Assembly: GCF_006345805.1 (NCBI RefSeq)
Contig: NC_043014.1
Coordinates: 17,980,001-18,044,000, forward strand
Origin: Octopus sinensis
Taxonomy: Eukaryota
Direction: 5' to 3'
Length of the DNA stretch: 64,000 bases
Part shown: positions 13,388 to 26,864 of the stretch, piece by piece
How positions within the stretch are numbered: position 1 is the first letter of the stretch
Layout of the letters: each line of letters starts with the position of its first letter
Translations under genes and position numbers: made by a program
Notes under the pieces: model-generated
Told to the model about the DNA's origin: nothing
Seen by the model: the letters and a program-made list of their open reading frames with translations, nothing else
The model's database searches: none

Positions 13388-14612
13388 AAGGATGAAAGAT
13401 AAAGATACTCTCGGTGTAATACGATCTCAGAAGATAAAAATTGGCAGAGCAAATATTACAAGGTGTTTTGATGAATGCTCTAGTGATTCTGTTAATTCAT
13501 TGTTTAATTTCTAACTCAGGAACAAGGACATGTAACTTGAGGGGAGAATATAAATGGATTACATCTACCCCACTACTTGGTTTGTACTATTTATTGATCC
13601 TCAAGAGGATGAAATGCAAAGCTATTCTCGGCAGTAGTTCAACTCAGAACGTAAAGACCAAGAACAAGTGCAGGGCATTTTGTTCGACGCTCTAATGAAT
13701 TTGTCAATCCACCGCCTGTTGTCAATACATGGCTAAAAATTATACCTCGTAGTTACAAGCCCATCAGGAAGGAAATATTCTGTGTTTCTGACTTATTTAA
13801 GGGGCAGAGGATATATATATATATATAGCTTATCACTAGACAGGGTGTTAACTCTCGGCAGCTATTAGTATTCAGTTATGTGTGAGTGGACTGGACCAGC
13901 GAGAAAAGAAAAGAAAAGTCCGGCCTCACTTTCTAACTCCCAGATCACGCAACTTCATCATTCATGCTTACAATAGAGAAATCCAATATATAGTAGTTGT
14001 ATATATGCGGAGAGAGATAAAAGCAAAATCACACACACATATTAGGGGTAGTGGATTTTCTGTTAGGAAGAAGAAAAGTATAGGTAGAGACAGTAACAGA
14101 ATCAGTCACATTGGCATATATAAAAATAATGCAAATTTAAAATTCAGAATAACTAGATACTTATTTTAAATGCATAATCTTCTTCCGCAAAGAAGATATT
14201 GTGATCATACTAAGATTGTAAATAACCACTTAAGATATTAGCAGGACGCTGCTCTTGTGGGGGACAGTCAGCTTTATGTTGTCCTTTTATATGCGGTCTT
14301 CTACTTCTTTATATGCGTTTCTTCTATTTCTTTCTACATCCCCGCCATCATCACTTCCATTCATACCCAATCTCATATTTCTTGTCGCATGGGACGTTAC
14401 TATGAGAGGCAACGTGTGCAATGTAGAATGAAGCGTTTTGCTCAAGAGAAGAATGCGTCATTTGGTCCAGGAATTGAACTCATAACGTTATGAGAGTGAG
14501 TCCAATACTTTAACCATTAGACTTAGTGGTTAGGACCCCCCTGTATATATGTGTGTATGTGTGTGTGTGCATGTACATGTTTGTGTGTCCTTGCATGCGT
14601 GTTTTTTTATGT

Positions 14613-14643
<31 letters not shown>

Positions 14644-15468
14644 AATATATATATATATATATATATCTGTTGATTGCGGGTGACTACACTTGAGACATCT
14701 TGGTAAAGATTGTAGTGTGTAAGCAGAAAACATACAATAGGAGAAAACGAAGAACAATTAACTAGAAAAAGAAAACAACACGTAAAAATCATATTGAAAT
14801 ATTGAAGGTGGAGGAGGAGGAGGCGATCAAACGCCTTCCGAAGACATGAAAGAATTTTTTTGTCTTATAACATTCCAGCTTTAACCCGCTCCTACCGTAG
14901 AGCAAATTTTTCGAGTTCTTTCGTTGATTTATTTATCGTAGGAAGACGTGCTGCGGGTTGTTTGGCACTTTTGATACTGTCTTGTGTAATTCATGAATGA
15001 TTCAAGCATGTACAAACCGAGGTGGCCATCATTCTTTCATACAGTTCAACAGCAGGAACAGAGGAGTGTATGTGTAGTTGGATAAGAATGCGAAGAGAAT
15101 GTGTGTATGTGTGAGCATGTGTGTGTGTGTGTATGTATGTATGAATTGTAAATGAGTGCAGTGTATGTGTAAGGAGCCATCAAAAGCACAAACACGCAAT
15201 ACGTAAATTAATCTATCCACCAGGCTGCTAGTATCAATTTATGACTGATTTTAGAGTAGCTGATCTATGCTGATGTTTGGAGAGGGAAGAAGGAAATATT
15301 TACTATGAGGAGTAGTTAACAAACCATGAAACGCGTCACTAGAGACACGCTCTTTAGTTTTCCACATATAGCATCGAAAATATGTGTTTACATTCGTATT
15401 TCACCTGCAGTGATACTTTTAAATATCTAAATTCATTTCAGTTGTCCACATTTCTGCTGTGTCTTGCA

Positions 15469-15522
<54 letters not shown>

Positions 15523-15804
15523 GTATATAGTATATTCGGTTAGGAACGTGGCAGAGTAGAGTATAGAGCTCGTCCACCCTCAGAATTACTCAATACTTTC
15601 CTCTAGCATAAAATTGAAGAAATTGGAGTCAGCCAGAAGGAGTAAGGTTGAACAGTTATTTTTTTAATCACTACAGTTGTTTCCACCTAATGTGGTTCTC
15701 CAAAAGTACAGGTATTTGATTAGGAAACTGTTTGCATAACGTTATTCAGGTGTGTTTCCTCAGGTGATATTCAAGTGTTGTCTCCGTTAGTTTAAGATCT
15801 TCAT

Positions 15805-15963
15805 GTAGATTCATGTTGTTTGGCGGTAGAGTGTGTCTGTTGGACACATTCTGCCACCAAACAACATGAATCTACCAACTGCTACAAAATTCTAACCAGG
15901 ATGGATGGATGGGAGTCCAATAAACACACCCTGCTACCAAACAACATGAATCTACCAACTGCT
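15805..15963. repeat. 33-bp-arm hairpin (15805-15875) plus 33-bp direct repeat at an 80-bp offset
   Basis: gtagattcatgttgtttggcggtagagtgtgtc / gacacattctgccaccaaacaacatgaatctac with a 5-nt loop. 15851-15883 is repeated at 15931-15963. Confidence 0.85.
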
Positions 15964-16828
15964 TAATATACCTATAAAAACCTACCTTCTTATCTATCTT
16001 TATATATGTGTGTGTGTGTGTGTGTGCGTGTGCGTATATATATATTTTCTCATATCTATGAAGAAATTTATATAATGCACATATACCCACACACATATGC
16101 GCTCACACAACACACGCGCGCGCACACACATAAACTCACACACACATACAGATATATTTATGTTGTATACATATACATGCACATATTTTCCCCATCCATT
16201 AATGGGGACCTACACTAAATGTAACCAGCAAAAAATATACACGTACACGCACAAAAAAACACTAATGAAACCACATACAAGCGTTCGAACACAAACATTT
16301 AAAACGGTGTGATTGAAACCAATGAACAGAGAATAACATGAACGCAATCAATTTTCGTATGCAAAGAAGACATTTAGTTTATCAACTCATGGTGAATGTT
16401 CTTAAATAGTGATATATATTGGGATGTGAATCTTTTTAAGAACATATTCCAACAACTAGATAAACAACCCAATATTAGTTTACTGTGGAATAAAATAGTA
16501 TTATTGATGTTAGTGCTGACAAAAGTTCATCAGTTTCGCTTCATTGAGTTTCTTGAAACTCATTTAGTTGCTTAATCTGTATATATTGTTCAAGTTTGTT
16601 TGGCTCTATTTTCCGTTTATTTTTGTTCTGTTTTTTTTTCGTCAATCGTATGGTACGTATTCATCAGCCTTTAATAACAAACGGTAGATTTTTTCTTCAC
16701 TATAAACATTTAGTTAGACTTCAGTTGCCGATTCAGTGACGGATATTTTTTATGTAAACGTATAATAGGGTAATCATGGAAACATATATACAATAGTTAT
16801 TTTAATAAATCCTCTTATGTGTAATTAT

Positions 16829-16902
<74 letters not shown>

Positions 16903-16935
16903 GGGTGTGTGTGTGTATGTATATATATATATATA

Positions 16936-17344
16936 CTAGGTTGAGGAAAAAGTTTGTGTGCCGTGTTAAAATAATGATTTTTTATGCAAGAATTTATTCA
17001 AAAACAACGACAACAACTATTCTTCAAAATAAAGAGGAGCATTTTCCACGACCTTCTGCCAACGATCTGCAAGCTTTCGGATTTGGTCAAAGTACCAATC
17101 CTTCGGCTTTGAGTGGAATAATTCTTGACAGGTTTCTTCAACTTCATCGAATGATTCAAATCAGTGACCTTTCATAAAGTACTGCATTGATCGGAAGAGA
17201 CCGTAGTAAGATGGAGCAACGTCTGGACACACACAGACTGAGTCACCATTGAACATGACATGAACTGAATGAGCACACACAGCACAAAAATATATAAAGA
17301 AAGCATTATTTTAACACGGCGCACGAACTTTTTCCTCAATCTAA
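16936..17344 (-). mobile_element. Mariner internal-deletion derivative (MITE-like)
   Basis: ~41-bp TIRs flanked by TA. Minus-strand remnant FHSKPKDWYFDQIRKLADRWQKVVENAPLYFEE* matches a mariner C-terminus. Confidence 0.85.
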
Positions 17345-17359
17345 TATATGTATATATAT

Positions 17360-17545
17360 ACTATTTTACTCTTTTACTTGTTTCAGTCATTTGACTGTGT
17401 CCATGCTGGAGCACCACCTTTAGTCGAGCAAATCCACCCCAGTACTTATTCTATCGGTCTCTTTTGCAGAACCGCAAGGTTACGGGGACGTAAACACACC
17501 AGCGATGTTGGGGCGACAAACACAGACACACAAACGTATACACAC
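17360..17545 (-). mobile_element. SINE family B, 3' half
   Basis: Matches the 3' half of the copy at 49247-49643. Confidence 0.8.
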
Positions 17546-17591
<46 letters not shown>

Positions 17592-17594
17592 ATG

Positions 17595-17643
<49 letters not shown>

Positions 17644-18344
17644 TATAACCAACAATGGTGGCGAAGAAAGAGGGAAAGAGTGAGTAAAAAGTAGTTTGTG
17701 CATTTGAAGAAAATCCGCTGTAAGTTAGATGCAGACAAATGTTTTTCAAACGTCCGTTGATAAAAAGTGGAATTTCAGTAGAAAGAATATGTATAGGATC
17801 TCCTATTTGTTATTATTCAGACAAAGATTGAAATGCTATGTATGTCTTATTTAATAAAGAAGAGTAAAAGAGTAAAGAGTATACATACATTTGATTACTG
17901 GAACATGCAGTTGTGCTTCACAAGTACAAAGCTTAGATTAAAACCGCATTTTGTACATGTTTATATGAAGATATTTATTATGTCCTCAACAATTATGCAC
18001 GCGTCGCATCACAACACTAAGACAAAATTATTTCACCTCACCTGGCCTTGTTTAAAATCAAGGAGAAGAGCGATAACTATAGACGCCTTCTTTGAAACAT
18101 CCAGATTATTAATTCCCATTTATGGCAACAATAACTAATAATAACTGTGACAATCTATATAAGCTAGGGTTTTCAGAAAAAGAAATCAACCAACTAACGC
18201 ACACATTACAAGTACAATTTGTAACTGGAATAGTATGAAATTGTTTTTCTTACATACATCCCAAAGATGGAGATTTTATATCTTTGTTAGAAAGCAACTC
18301 ATTTCTCAGAGGAAGAATTCAAATAATTAAAAAACAGAGTAGAA

Positions 18345-18436
18345 CATACACATCACGTTCAAAGTACCGGTTCTCGTTTGGTCACCGAAGTTAAGCAACG
18401 TTGAGCCTAGCTAGTCCTCAGAAGGGCGACCGTTTG
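18345..18436 (+). pseudogene. 5S rRNA-derived fragment (pseudogene or SINE3-type head)
   Basis: cacgttcaaagtaccggttctcgtttggtcaccgaagttaagcaacg...gggcgaccg aligns by eye to metazoan 5S positions ~10-100. Both ends are missing. Confidence 0.75.
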
Positions 18437-18566
18437 TAGAGGTTAGCTATTGTAAGCATCTCACATTTATAAGCGCAGTTGTGGCTGCGTTGTAATAAGT
18501 TTGCTTCTCGACCAGATGGTTCTGGATTCAATCCCCAACTGCATAGCACCTTGCCACGTACATACA

Positions 18567-18649
<83 letters not shown>

Positions 18650-18670
18650 AACATACATACATATATATAT

Positions 18671-18747
<77 letters not shown>

Positions 18748-18766
18748 ACATACATACAATATATAT

Positions 18767-18799
<33 letters not shown>

Positions 18800-18849
18800 A
18801 CATACATACATATATATATAATATATATAACATACATACATATATATAA

Positions 18850-19145
18850 CAGGGCTCTCCGTCGGTTACGACGACGAGGGTCCCAGCTGATACGGTCAAC
18901 GGAACAGCTTGCCCGTGAAAGCACTCTACAAACACATGTACGCCTAACGTAGTTCTCTGGGAGATTCAGCGTGATAGAGTGAGTTACAAGGCTGGCCCTT
19001 TGAAATACAGGTACTACGCAATTTTTGCTAGCTGAGTGGACTGGAGCAGAGTGAAATAAAGTGTCTGGCTCAAGGACACAACGCCTAGCCGGGAATTGAA
19101 CTCACGACCTTACGATCGTGAGCCGAATGCCCTAAACACTAAGCA
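18850..19145 (-). mobile_element. tRNA-derived SINE family C
   Basis: Reverse complement matches 38755-39072 (tRNA head, gctccagt.cactcagct core, cctcgtcgtcgtaaccgac tail). Confidence 0.85.
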
Positions 19146-19151
19146 ATACTT

Positions 19152-19440
19152 ATGTATGTATGTATGTATGTATGTATGTATGTATGTATGTATGTATGTA
19201 TGCATGTATGTATGTATGTATGTATGCATGTATGTATGTATGCATGTATGTATGTATGTATGTATGTATGTATTTATGTATGTATGTATGTATGTATGTA
19301 TGTATGTATGTATGTATGTATGTATGTATGTATGCATGTATGTATGTATGCATGTATGTATGTATGTATGTATGTATGTATGTATGTATGTATGTATGTA
19401 TGCATGTATGTATGTATGCATGTATGTATGTATGTATGCG
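19152..19440. repeat. (ATGT)n microsatellite
   Basis: Direct reading. It produces the MYVC/HTYI pseudo-ORFs. Confidence 0.98.
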
Positions 19441-19899
19441 TGTATGTGTTTTTGAGTTTGTATTTGACAGCTTGGCAACAAGAGTTGGTTTGTTTACATA
19501 CCATAGTTTAGCAGTTCGACAAAAATACGGTCGAATAGAATAAGTTTCAGTCGATTTGCTTGACTAAACATTCAAGGCTGTGCCTCAGCCTGGCCGCAGT
19601 CAAATAAATGAAACAAGTGAAAGAATAAAATAACGTATGTGTGTGTGTGTGTGTGTGTGTGAGACAAGCAACCGCTGTTTGTCTACGTCCTAGTAAGCTA
19701 CCGGATTGGCAAAAGAGTCCGATAAAATAAGTAGCAGGCGTAAAACTTATGAAATAGGGATGACCATATTCCCTCGAAGTGGTGCCTTAGCATGGTCACA
19801 GTCCAACGACTGAAATAAGTACAAAGTAAAAAATAAACATACACCATACATACGCATGTATGTTCGTACATACATAAATAAAAAAGTAAAAAAAAAGAT

Positions 19900-20128
19900 T
19901 AGCTGTCCTTCTCGAGCCATACACTTATGAGGTCGGGTTCCCGGATTCTGTAGCGTGTATGTTCCATCCGGGGACGGAACGCCGGTCCGTCACAAAATTA
20001 CACAATCTTGAAGGCTGAGTAACGTGAAAAGAAGTGCTCTGCTCAACAACAGATCGCATGTCCTGGTCCAGTAATCGAAACCACAACCTTACGATCATTA
20101 GTACACCGCCCTAACCACTAAGCTACGA
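19900..20128 (-). mobile_element. tRNA-derived SINE family F
   Basis: Similar to 49835-50063 (-) and 51325-51560 (+). Confidence 0.75.
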
Positions 20129-20713
20129 GCCTCCACATATAAACAAGTACATATAATGCATACATACATATACATATATATCCATGGCAAACATGATATA
20201 AGCGGGTTTATATTATAGCAGGTCGTTAAATGTTATGCGATAGTTTAATTTTACAAGCAGAAAAAAACATTTTAAAAGGAAGAAAGAAAGGAAAAGAAGG
20301 GAATAGTAGCAAATGAAGAGAAGGAAGAAAAAGACATGGATTAGTAATAGAGAAGAGGTAGATGGAAGCTAAAGGCGGGAAACAGAAGCAGCTATCATTT
20401 CGTGTAACTATTTACTCTTCCTGTCATCTGTACGTACATGCATACAGAGATACACGTATACGTATACAAGTATATATGTGATTCTGCGTCTCATTGTGTA
20501 TGTTTGATGGCATGCACACATGTAAAAGTATGTGTACACTTGCGCACGCATGCTTCAATGTTGTATATTAGTTTCAGTATAAACCAATGAATTCATTACT
20601 AGGTCATCGCAAACCGACCATTTGATTTAGAAGTTACATAAAACAAGTCTCTCTTTCTCTTGCTCTCAATCTATCTATACGCACAGATTCACATATATAT
20701 CTGCATATACGTC

Positions 20714-20822
<109 letters not shown>

Positions 20823-21540
20823 ACATACATATATATATATATACATACATATATATATATCTATATATATACATATATATATATATATATACATAGATCT
20901 CTATATCTATATATATAAGATCGTATATCTAGACTATATCTCTATATATAATCTTATATATATAATCTATATATATATATATATTATGTCTATGATATAA
21001 ATATCTTTATATACGCTATAAATGCATACGAGGTGAGTGTATTTATTATTTATGTGTCTTTCGTTTGTGTACATAGTTTCACAGCTAATATATATGAGAT
21101 TGTGTGCGTGTGTGAGTCTGTGTTTGTCTTTACACATCTGTAGTAACTCAATGTAGCTCGCCACTTAGTTTAACGAAGTGTTAGAAGGATAATAAATAGT
21201 GAACGAAGATTACTTGATACCAGATGTCATACAACTTTTAACCATTCACATGCACGCACAAAATTTCAGACACATATACATTCACACACACACACATACA
21301 CGCGTATAAGCCCCCCATTAGATATTACAGCCTTCATGCGGTTTCCTTCTACGAATTTGCACTCAAGGCATTGGACGACTCGAGGTTTCAGTGGGGTAAT
21401 AGAAGAATAGAAGATATTTATCCAATCCAAGGTGCTATGAAGTGAGACTGAACACGAAATCACATGGAGATAAAGTGAAGTTGTGAATCACACACGCTTG
21501 CTTGTGCCATATACATAATGTGCACACATACATACATACC

Positions 21541-21579
<39 letters not shown>

Positions 21580-21585
21580 TATATA

Positions 21586-22294
21586 TAATAGAAATATTAA
21601 AATTACTAAGTCTCTCTAAAAGAGAACAACGGCAGCGTTCCCGGAAAATATTAGTTATCGCCATACTAATATGGCATTCTTATAAAAATAAGAAAAAAGC
21701 TGACCGCTATTAGCTCCATGAGGCCATCGCCTTAAGTTAGCTATTGATACACAAACTGTATCCATATAACCTTTGAACAAGGGAGGTCAGTCGCTCCACA
21801 CTACTTGGCCGGCAGCTACAGACGCGTTTCGGGGTATTGCCCCTTTTCAATGCAGCGTAGCCAAACCAGTAGGTGTCGCTTCCGACAATCTCTGTTCAAA
21901 GGTTTTATTTACCTAGCTTCGGTGGAATACATCCACTTGTTTTCAATAATAGAAATATTAAAATTACTAAGTCTCTCTAAAAGAGAACAACGGCAGCGTT
22001 CCCGAAAATATTAGTTATCGCCATACTAATATGGCATTCTTATAAAAATAAGAAAAAAGCTGACCGCTTCTTAGCTCCATGAGGCCATCGCCTTAAGTTA
22101 GCTATTTGATACACAAACTGTATCCATATAACCTTTGAACAAGGGAGGTCAGTCGCTCCACACTACTTGTTCAAAGGTTATATGGATACAGTTTGTGTAT
22201 CAAATAGCTAACTTAAGGCGATGGCCTCATGGAGCTAATAAGCGGTCAGCTTTTTTCTTATTTTTATAAGAATGCCATATTAGTATGGCGATAA

Positions 22295-22301
<7 letters not shown>
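21586..22301 (-). mobile_element. Retrozyme / Penelope pseudo-LTR-like element: 361-bp unit x1.6 plus 136-bp inverted segment, in a (TA)n tract
   Basis: Unit starts at 21586 and 21947. The second copy switches at 22166 (cttg microhomology) to the reverse complement of 22009-22144. Both flanks are TA tracts. Confidence 0.85.
21815..21856 (-). ncRNA. Minimal type I hammerhead ribozyme, U3-A8 core variant, GUC cleavage triplet
   Basis: GCUGCA UUGAAAA GGGG-CAAUA-CCCC GAAA CGCG UC UGUAGC: 6-bp stem I, 4-bp stem II, palindromic ACGCGU stem III. Confidence 0.85.
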
Positions 22302-22342
<41 letters not shown>

Positions 22343-22345
<3 letters not shown>

Positions 22346-23374
22346 TTATATATATAAAACTGAGAATGTGTGTCTGTCTGTCTGTGTGTTTCCCTATAAA
22401 TTTGAGAACTACACAACCAATTTCATTCAAATTTTACACATGCCTTACTTAGGGTCCATGTAGTTTCATGGGCAAAAAAAAGTGTTCAACTTCTTGCCTA
22501 GAGCGAGCCCATAGCAATATCATATCTTCTCCACTATCTCAGAATTACGTGTTAAAAGTGAAACAAAAATATTTCTCTATTTTATGTCAGATACTTTCAC
22601 TTTAACAATAAAAATTATAATAACAATTGAATTATATGTAGTAAGTAATAATTAAAATCAAACTAAAGCATAATATAATCGTAACATAACAAAAGTAAAA
22701 ATAGCAATTGGTATAAAATTGCATGAATGACTTGAACTTGAATAAGTGGTTTCACATGAATGGGAATAAATTAAAAATAAAATTAGCGTGCAGAAATGGA
22801 ATAGTCCAGATGGCTAATAAAAAATTAAATTAAAGAAAAGACTATTGTCTATAAAGTATACAATGTAGAGATAAAAGAAGATTTGAACACATGGAGGAAA
22901 GCACCTTCGAAAAGTGTCTTGGTGCGACTATGAAAGATATCTAATCAGAGGCGGTAAATTCGCCACAATAGGAGCAAGGTTCAAGTCAACGGAGCGTGCA
23001 AGGGAGTACTCGACTCGAACTTGCAAAGTGGAAATATTTTATTTTTACCTTTATATCTGGGACATTGGACGTCCCGGAAAAAAAAGTTTAAGTGCCCCCC
23101 CTCCTCAGAAGTAGAGGTAGGCTGGATTGTAGCCACACTTCTATACAAAAGGGAGGACAAGATACAATTGATCAAAATTACAAGAGACGGGCTAACAATT
23201 CCAGTCTGTTATATATTTTGAGTTATCACTAGCGATATCAAGATATAACTTTGTATTTTGCATTTTATGTGTAGATGTATATATATAGATATACATGTAA
23301 TATGTACACATATATATACACATATATACATGCACTAGCACTATCACCCGGCAACGACGGGTCTTTAATGCTAG
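22343..23374 (+). mobile_element. Non-autonomous Helitron-like element
   Basis: 5' TCTTTATATATATAAAA followed by (GTCT)n. 3' hairpin acccggcaacgacgggt then CTAG. Inserted in a TA tract. Confidence 0.75.
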
Positions 23375-23414
23375 TATATATATATATGTACATACGCAAA
23401 TGAATAGTAACAGA

Positions 23415-23784
23415 TGATGGATAAATGTCAGCTCATTACAGCAGCTTCTTACGCTTTCTTATTTTAATAGAAGAATGAGTACATTACATCTCTTCAAAAA
23501 CCCGTATTAATCAGATGAAACATAATTTCAAAACAATAGAATATCCCATGAACATGAGGGGAACATGCCTGAAACCAGTCGAAGCTGAAAATGAAATTGG
23601 AGAAAAGCCAACAAAATTTGGCTGTTATGAGATATTCTGTTATGGGCTGTTCTTGGGATATTCAATTGTTTTCAAATTATGTTTCATCAGATGATTACAG
23701 TTTTTTGGAATGATGTAATGTTCTCAGTCTTCTATTAAAAAGATGCGTAAGAAACAGCTGTAAGGATGTGACAATTATCCATCG
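23415..23784. repeat. Degenerate inverted repeat (arms ~130 bp, ~80% identical), MITE-like or foldback
   Basis: 23415-23548 is the approximate reverse complement of 23654-23784. Confidence 0.7.
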
Positions 23785-24057
23785 CATGTTATTAATCATT
23801 TGCTTATAATACACCATTGGGATTCACGGCACGTCGGACACCCTGGAATATACTAAACAAACTAGGAACAACACAGCGTGTATTTTGGACCTAGGGGAGG
23901 TTCTCTCTATGGATACAACCTGAATATCCTACTGGATATTTAATCGGCCATAGGTGGTGACCAAGGGTTTATCAAACCATACCTGGTACGTATTCTTTTA
24001 AGAAACTGATTATATGAATTATTATTATTATTATTATTATTATTATTGGTACGTATG

Positions 24058-24104
<47 letters not shown>

Positions 24105-24121
24105 TATAATATATATATCTA

Positions 24122-24321
24122 AAGTTAATCCAAACAAGATAGCACAAAGAAACACAACAACGGGAGGACGTGGAACAAATATAGTATTATCGGACGCTCA
24201 GGAAAGAAGGAAAGAAGGAGGGTTTAACGTTTCGAGCGGAGCTCTTCGTCGGAAACATGGGAGAAGGAAAGATCCAGAGAAGGGAAGACAGAGGAAAAAA
24301 TCGCCAACGGTACACAGGCGG

Positions 24322-24323
<2 letters not shown>
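24122..24323 (-). mobile_element. Small hammerhead-bearing element between microsatellites
   Basis: Non-repetitive island between (TA)n and (CA)n containing the HHR-like fold below. Confidence 0.6.
24222..24256 (-). ncRNA. Minimal type I hammerhead-like motif with U4C (CCGACGA)
   Basis: GUUU CCGACGA A GAGC-UCC-GCUC GAAA CG UU AAAC. Stems I and II pair fully, with a palindromic ACGU stem III. Confidence 0.6.
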
Positions 24324-24371
<48 letters not shown>

Positions 24372-24382
24372 TATATATATAC

Positions 24383-24432
<50 letters not shown>

Positions 24433-24535
24433 TATACACATATATATATACATATATATGTATGTATGTATGTATATATATAAATAATTATAAAACCATA
24501 TATATATATATATATATATGTATGTATATATATAT

Positions 24536-24569
<34 letters not shown>

Positions 24570-26864
24570 CATACACACACATTCTAGCATACAGGTATAA
24601 AAGAAGGTGGAGAAAGTAGCAAGCAAATGCGAAAAGGACCAGAGAAACCGCTGTTCTAAACTCAGCTCTCGTAAAGTTTTTCAGTTTCAATAAAACATTA
24701 TATCTAAATGTTTATATATATCTTTGTGTGTGAGTATTTGCGACTATGTGTATGTGTACATTTGAGTTTGATCATGCATACTGTTTAGGACAGTAAAACA
24801 GTTTAAATAAAAATAAGATGAGGCAAGGGAAATAACTGAAGCGGGTGAAGGTGATGTACTCAATGACGGATCTGTTTTGGTCTTCCTGCAGTAAGTAGCA
24901 GCTAATTATCTTAGCTTGGTCTACTTATGGTTGCTTTGATCGATCGTCTCGAGTGACGCTTTAATGGGGTCATACTTTTGAGCCCGAATTGAGTTTATAC
25001 CCGAGTGGGAAGGAGCAAATACAAGGGCTTGCCCCAGACAACACACACCCTAACTATGCCACTGCTGCTGGAACATCGTGTAGATGTAATACAAATTGCA
25101 GTTGTGTTATTGCTGTTGTGTTATTGCTGTTGTGTTATTGCTGTTGTTGTTGTTTAATTTCAGGTCAGCCTTTGATCTTGCAGCCTTATAATTAAATTTA
25201 ACTTCGAATGTTATCAACAATACATAGAACTGGTCTATCACTTGCCTCCCTTTTTTTTTTTCAGTTGGAAAAGTGATGAAAGACTGAGTGCAATTTACTA
25301 AACTTTGAACTTCGACACATAAGCGATACAACAAACAAGTGTAACATAATTATAAGCACCAAGTAGCTATGTTGATGCCACTGGGTGTTAGATATCAAGT
25401 TAACCATGACCTGATCACAACGACGTTGCCTGCTGGCTTCAGTATGTGGTTATCCAGTTTATAAAGTTTTATTTTTTACTATATGTGAATGCATACATGT
25501 AGAACGCACCCCTGAGGCATTTTACTTCAGCCATATTGTTGATATATATGTATGTATTATGTGAGTGTGTGTGTGTTTGTATGACAGCAATAAGTGTATG
25601 TATTCGTGTATATTTGTGTATGAGCTCACATGCTGAGAGTGGAATTTCGTTCTCCACGAACTCTGCTGGAATGTGATAAATTAGAGTATGTCAATCAGGT
25701 TTTTATCACAATGAATGTAAGTACTGTTGATGATAATGGTGATGCTAATGATGGCATTACTTTTGTTGTTGTCGTTGATGATGATGATAATGATGATGAG
25801 GATGATGATGGTGGTGTTGCTGGTGTTATTGATGATGATGATGGCGATATCTCTTCTACTACCGATGTTAATGAGAATAATGAGTAGGAGGATGATGGCA
25901 GTTGGTTATCATCATGATGACCAACAAATTGTATGATATATTTCATCAAGTCTCTTTCTAAGTTCAAATCACACCAATATAGATTTTGTCTTTCATTGAT
26001 AAAATAAGTAGTAGTCACGTATTTGTAGCTGATTTAATCGACCGCACTCACTCGGAATAGACCGCACTCAACCTTGATACAAGTGACATTGTATCGAGGT
26101 TAGAAAATGATGATGTCGTTGTGGTATGAATCTACCTCTTAACAAAACCGTTCCCCCAAATCCGGATTTTTGACAAGTTTAATGAATGAAAATTGTTCTT
26201 GTTACAGACTATTTTTCAAAAAAGAGAAAAATAAAAGAAATCTTCTGAACGTTTGGAGATTTACTTGAGGGAGAAGGAAAGATGTGGTTATAGACATATT
26301 TTTATTTATGTATTTACATTTATTTCAATATGGCTTCTCGCTCTAGAGGAGCGCGAAACGCAGCCTCAAATAACAATGAACATAACAATACCAAGTACAA
26401 ACATAATAAAAAAAATGACAAACTCAATTATACAGACGAACACACTTTGACACTTGAAGATATCATGACATCTGTTAACAAATTTCAAGGTCCAACTAAA
26501 ACTATTAACAAGGTTAACAACACTTTTGCTTGCGTGGATATCCAAAGAGAGCTGTGTAAGGGTCGAAAGGCATTTACGCTCTGAATTCAAATCCTGCCGA
26601 GGTCAACTTTGCCTTTCATTTATCCGGGTTAGTTATTTTGAAGTACCAGTCATACACTGGCATTGATGTAATCGACTAATATTCTTCTTTAAATTTCAGG
26701 ACAACAATTATAAATGATGACAATGGCAATGATAAAGATTATGGTGATAATGATGATGATGATAATAATGAGGATGATGATGATGAGGATGATGATGATG
26801 GTGGTGGTAATGGTGGTAGTGGTGGTAGTAAGACGACGGTATAGAGAATAATAATCCTTTCTAA

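Noticed and set aside
15303-15342. GAAACGCGTC preceded by ctatgagg
   Set aside because: The 3' half of an HHR is present, but the core lacks a base and no stem I partner is found. At best a dead relic.
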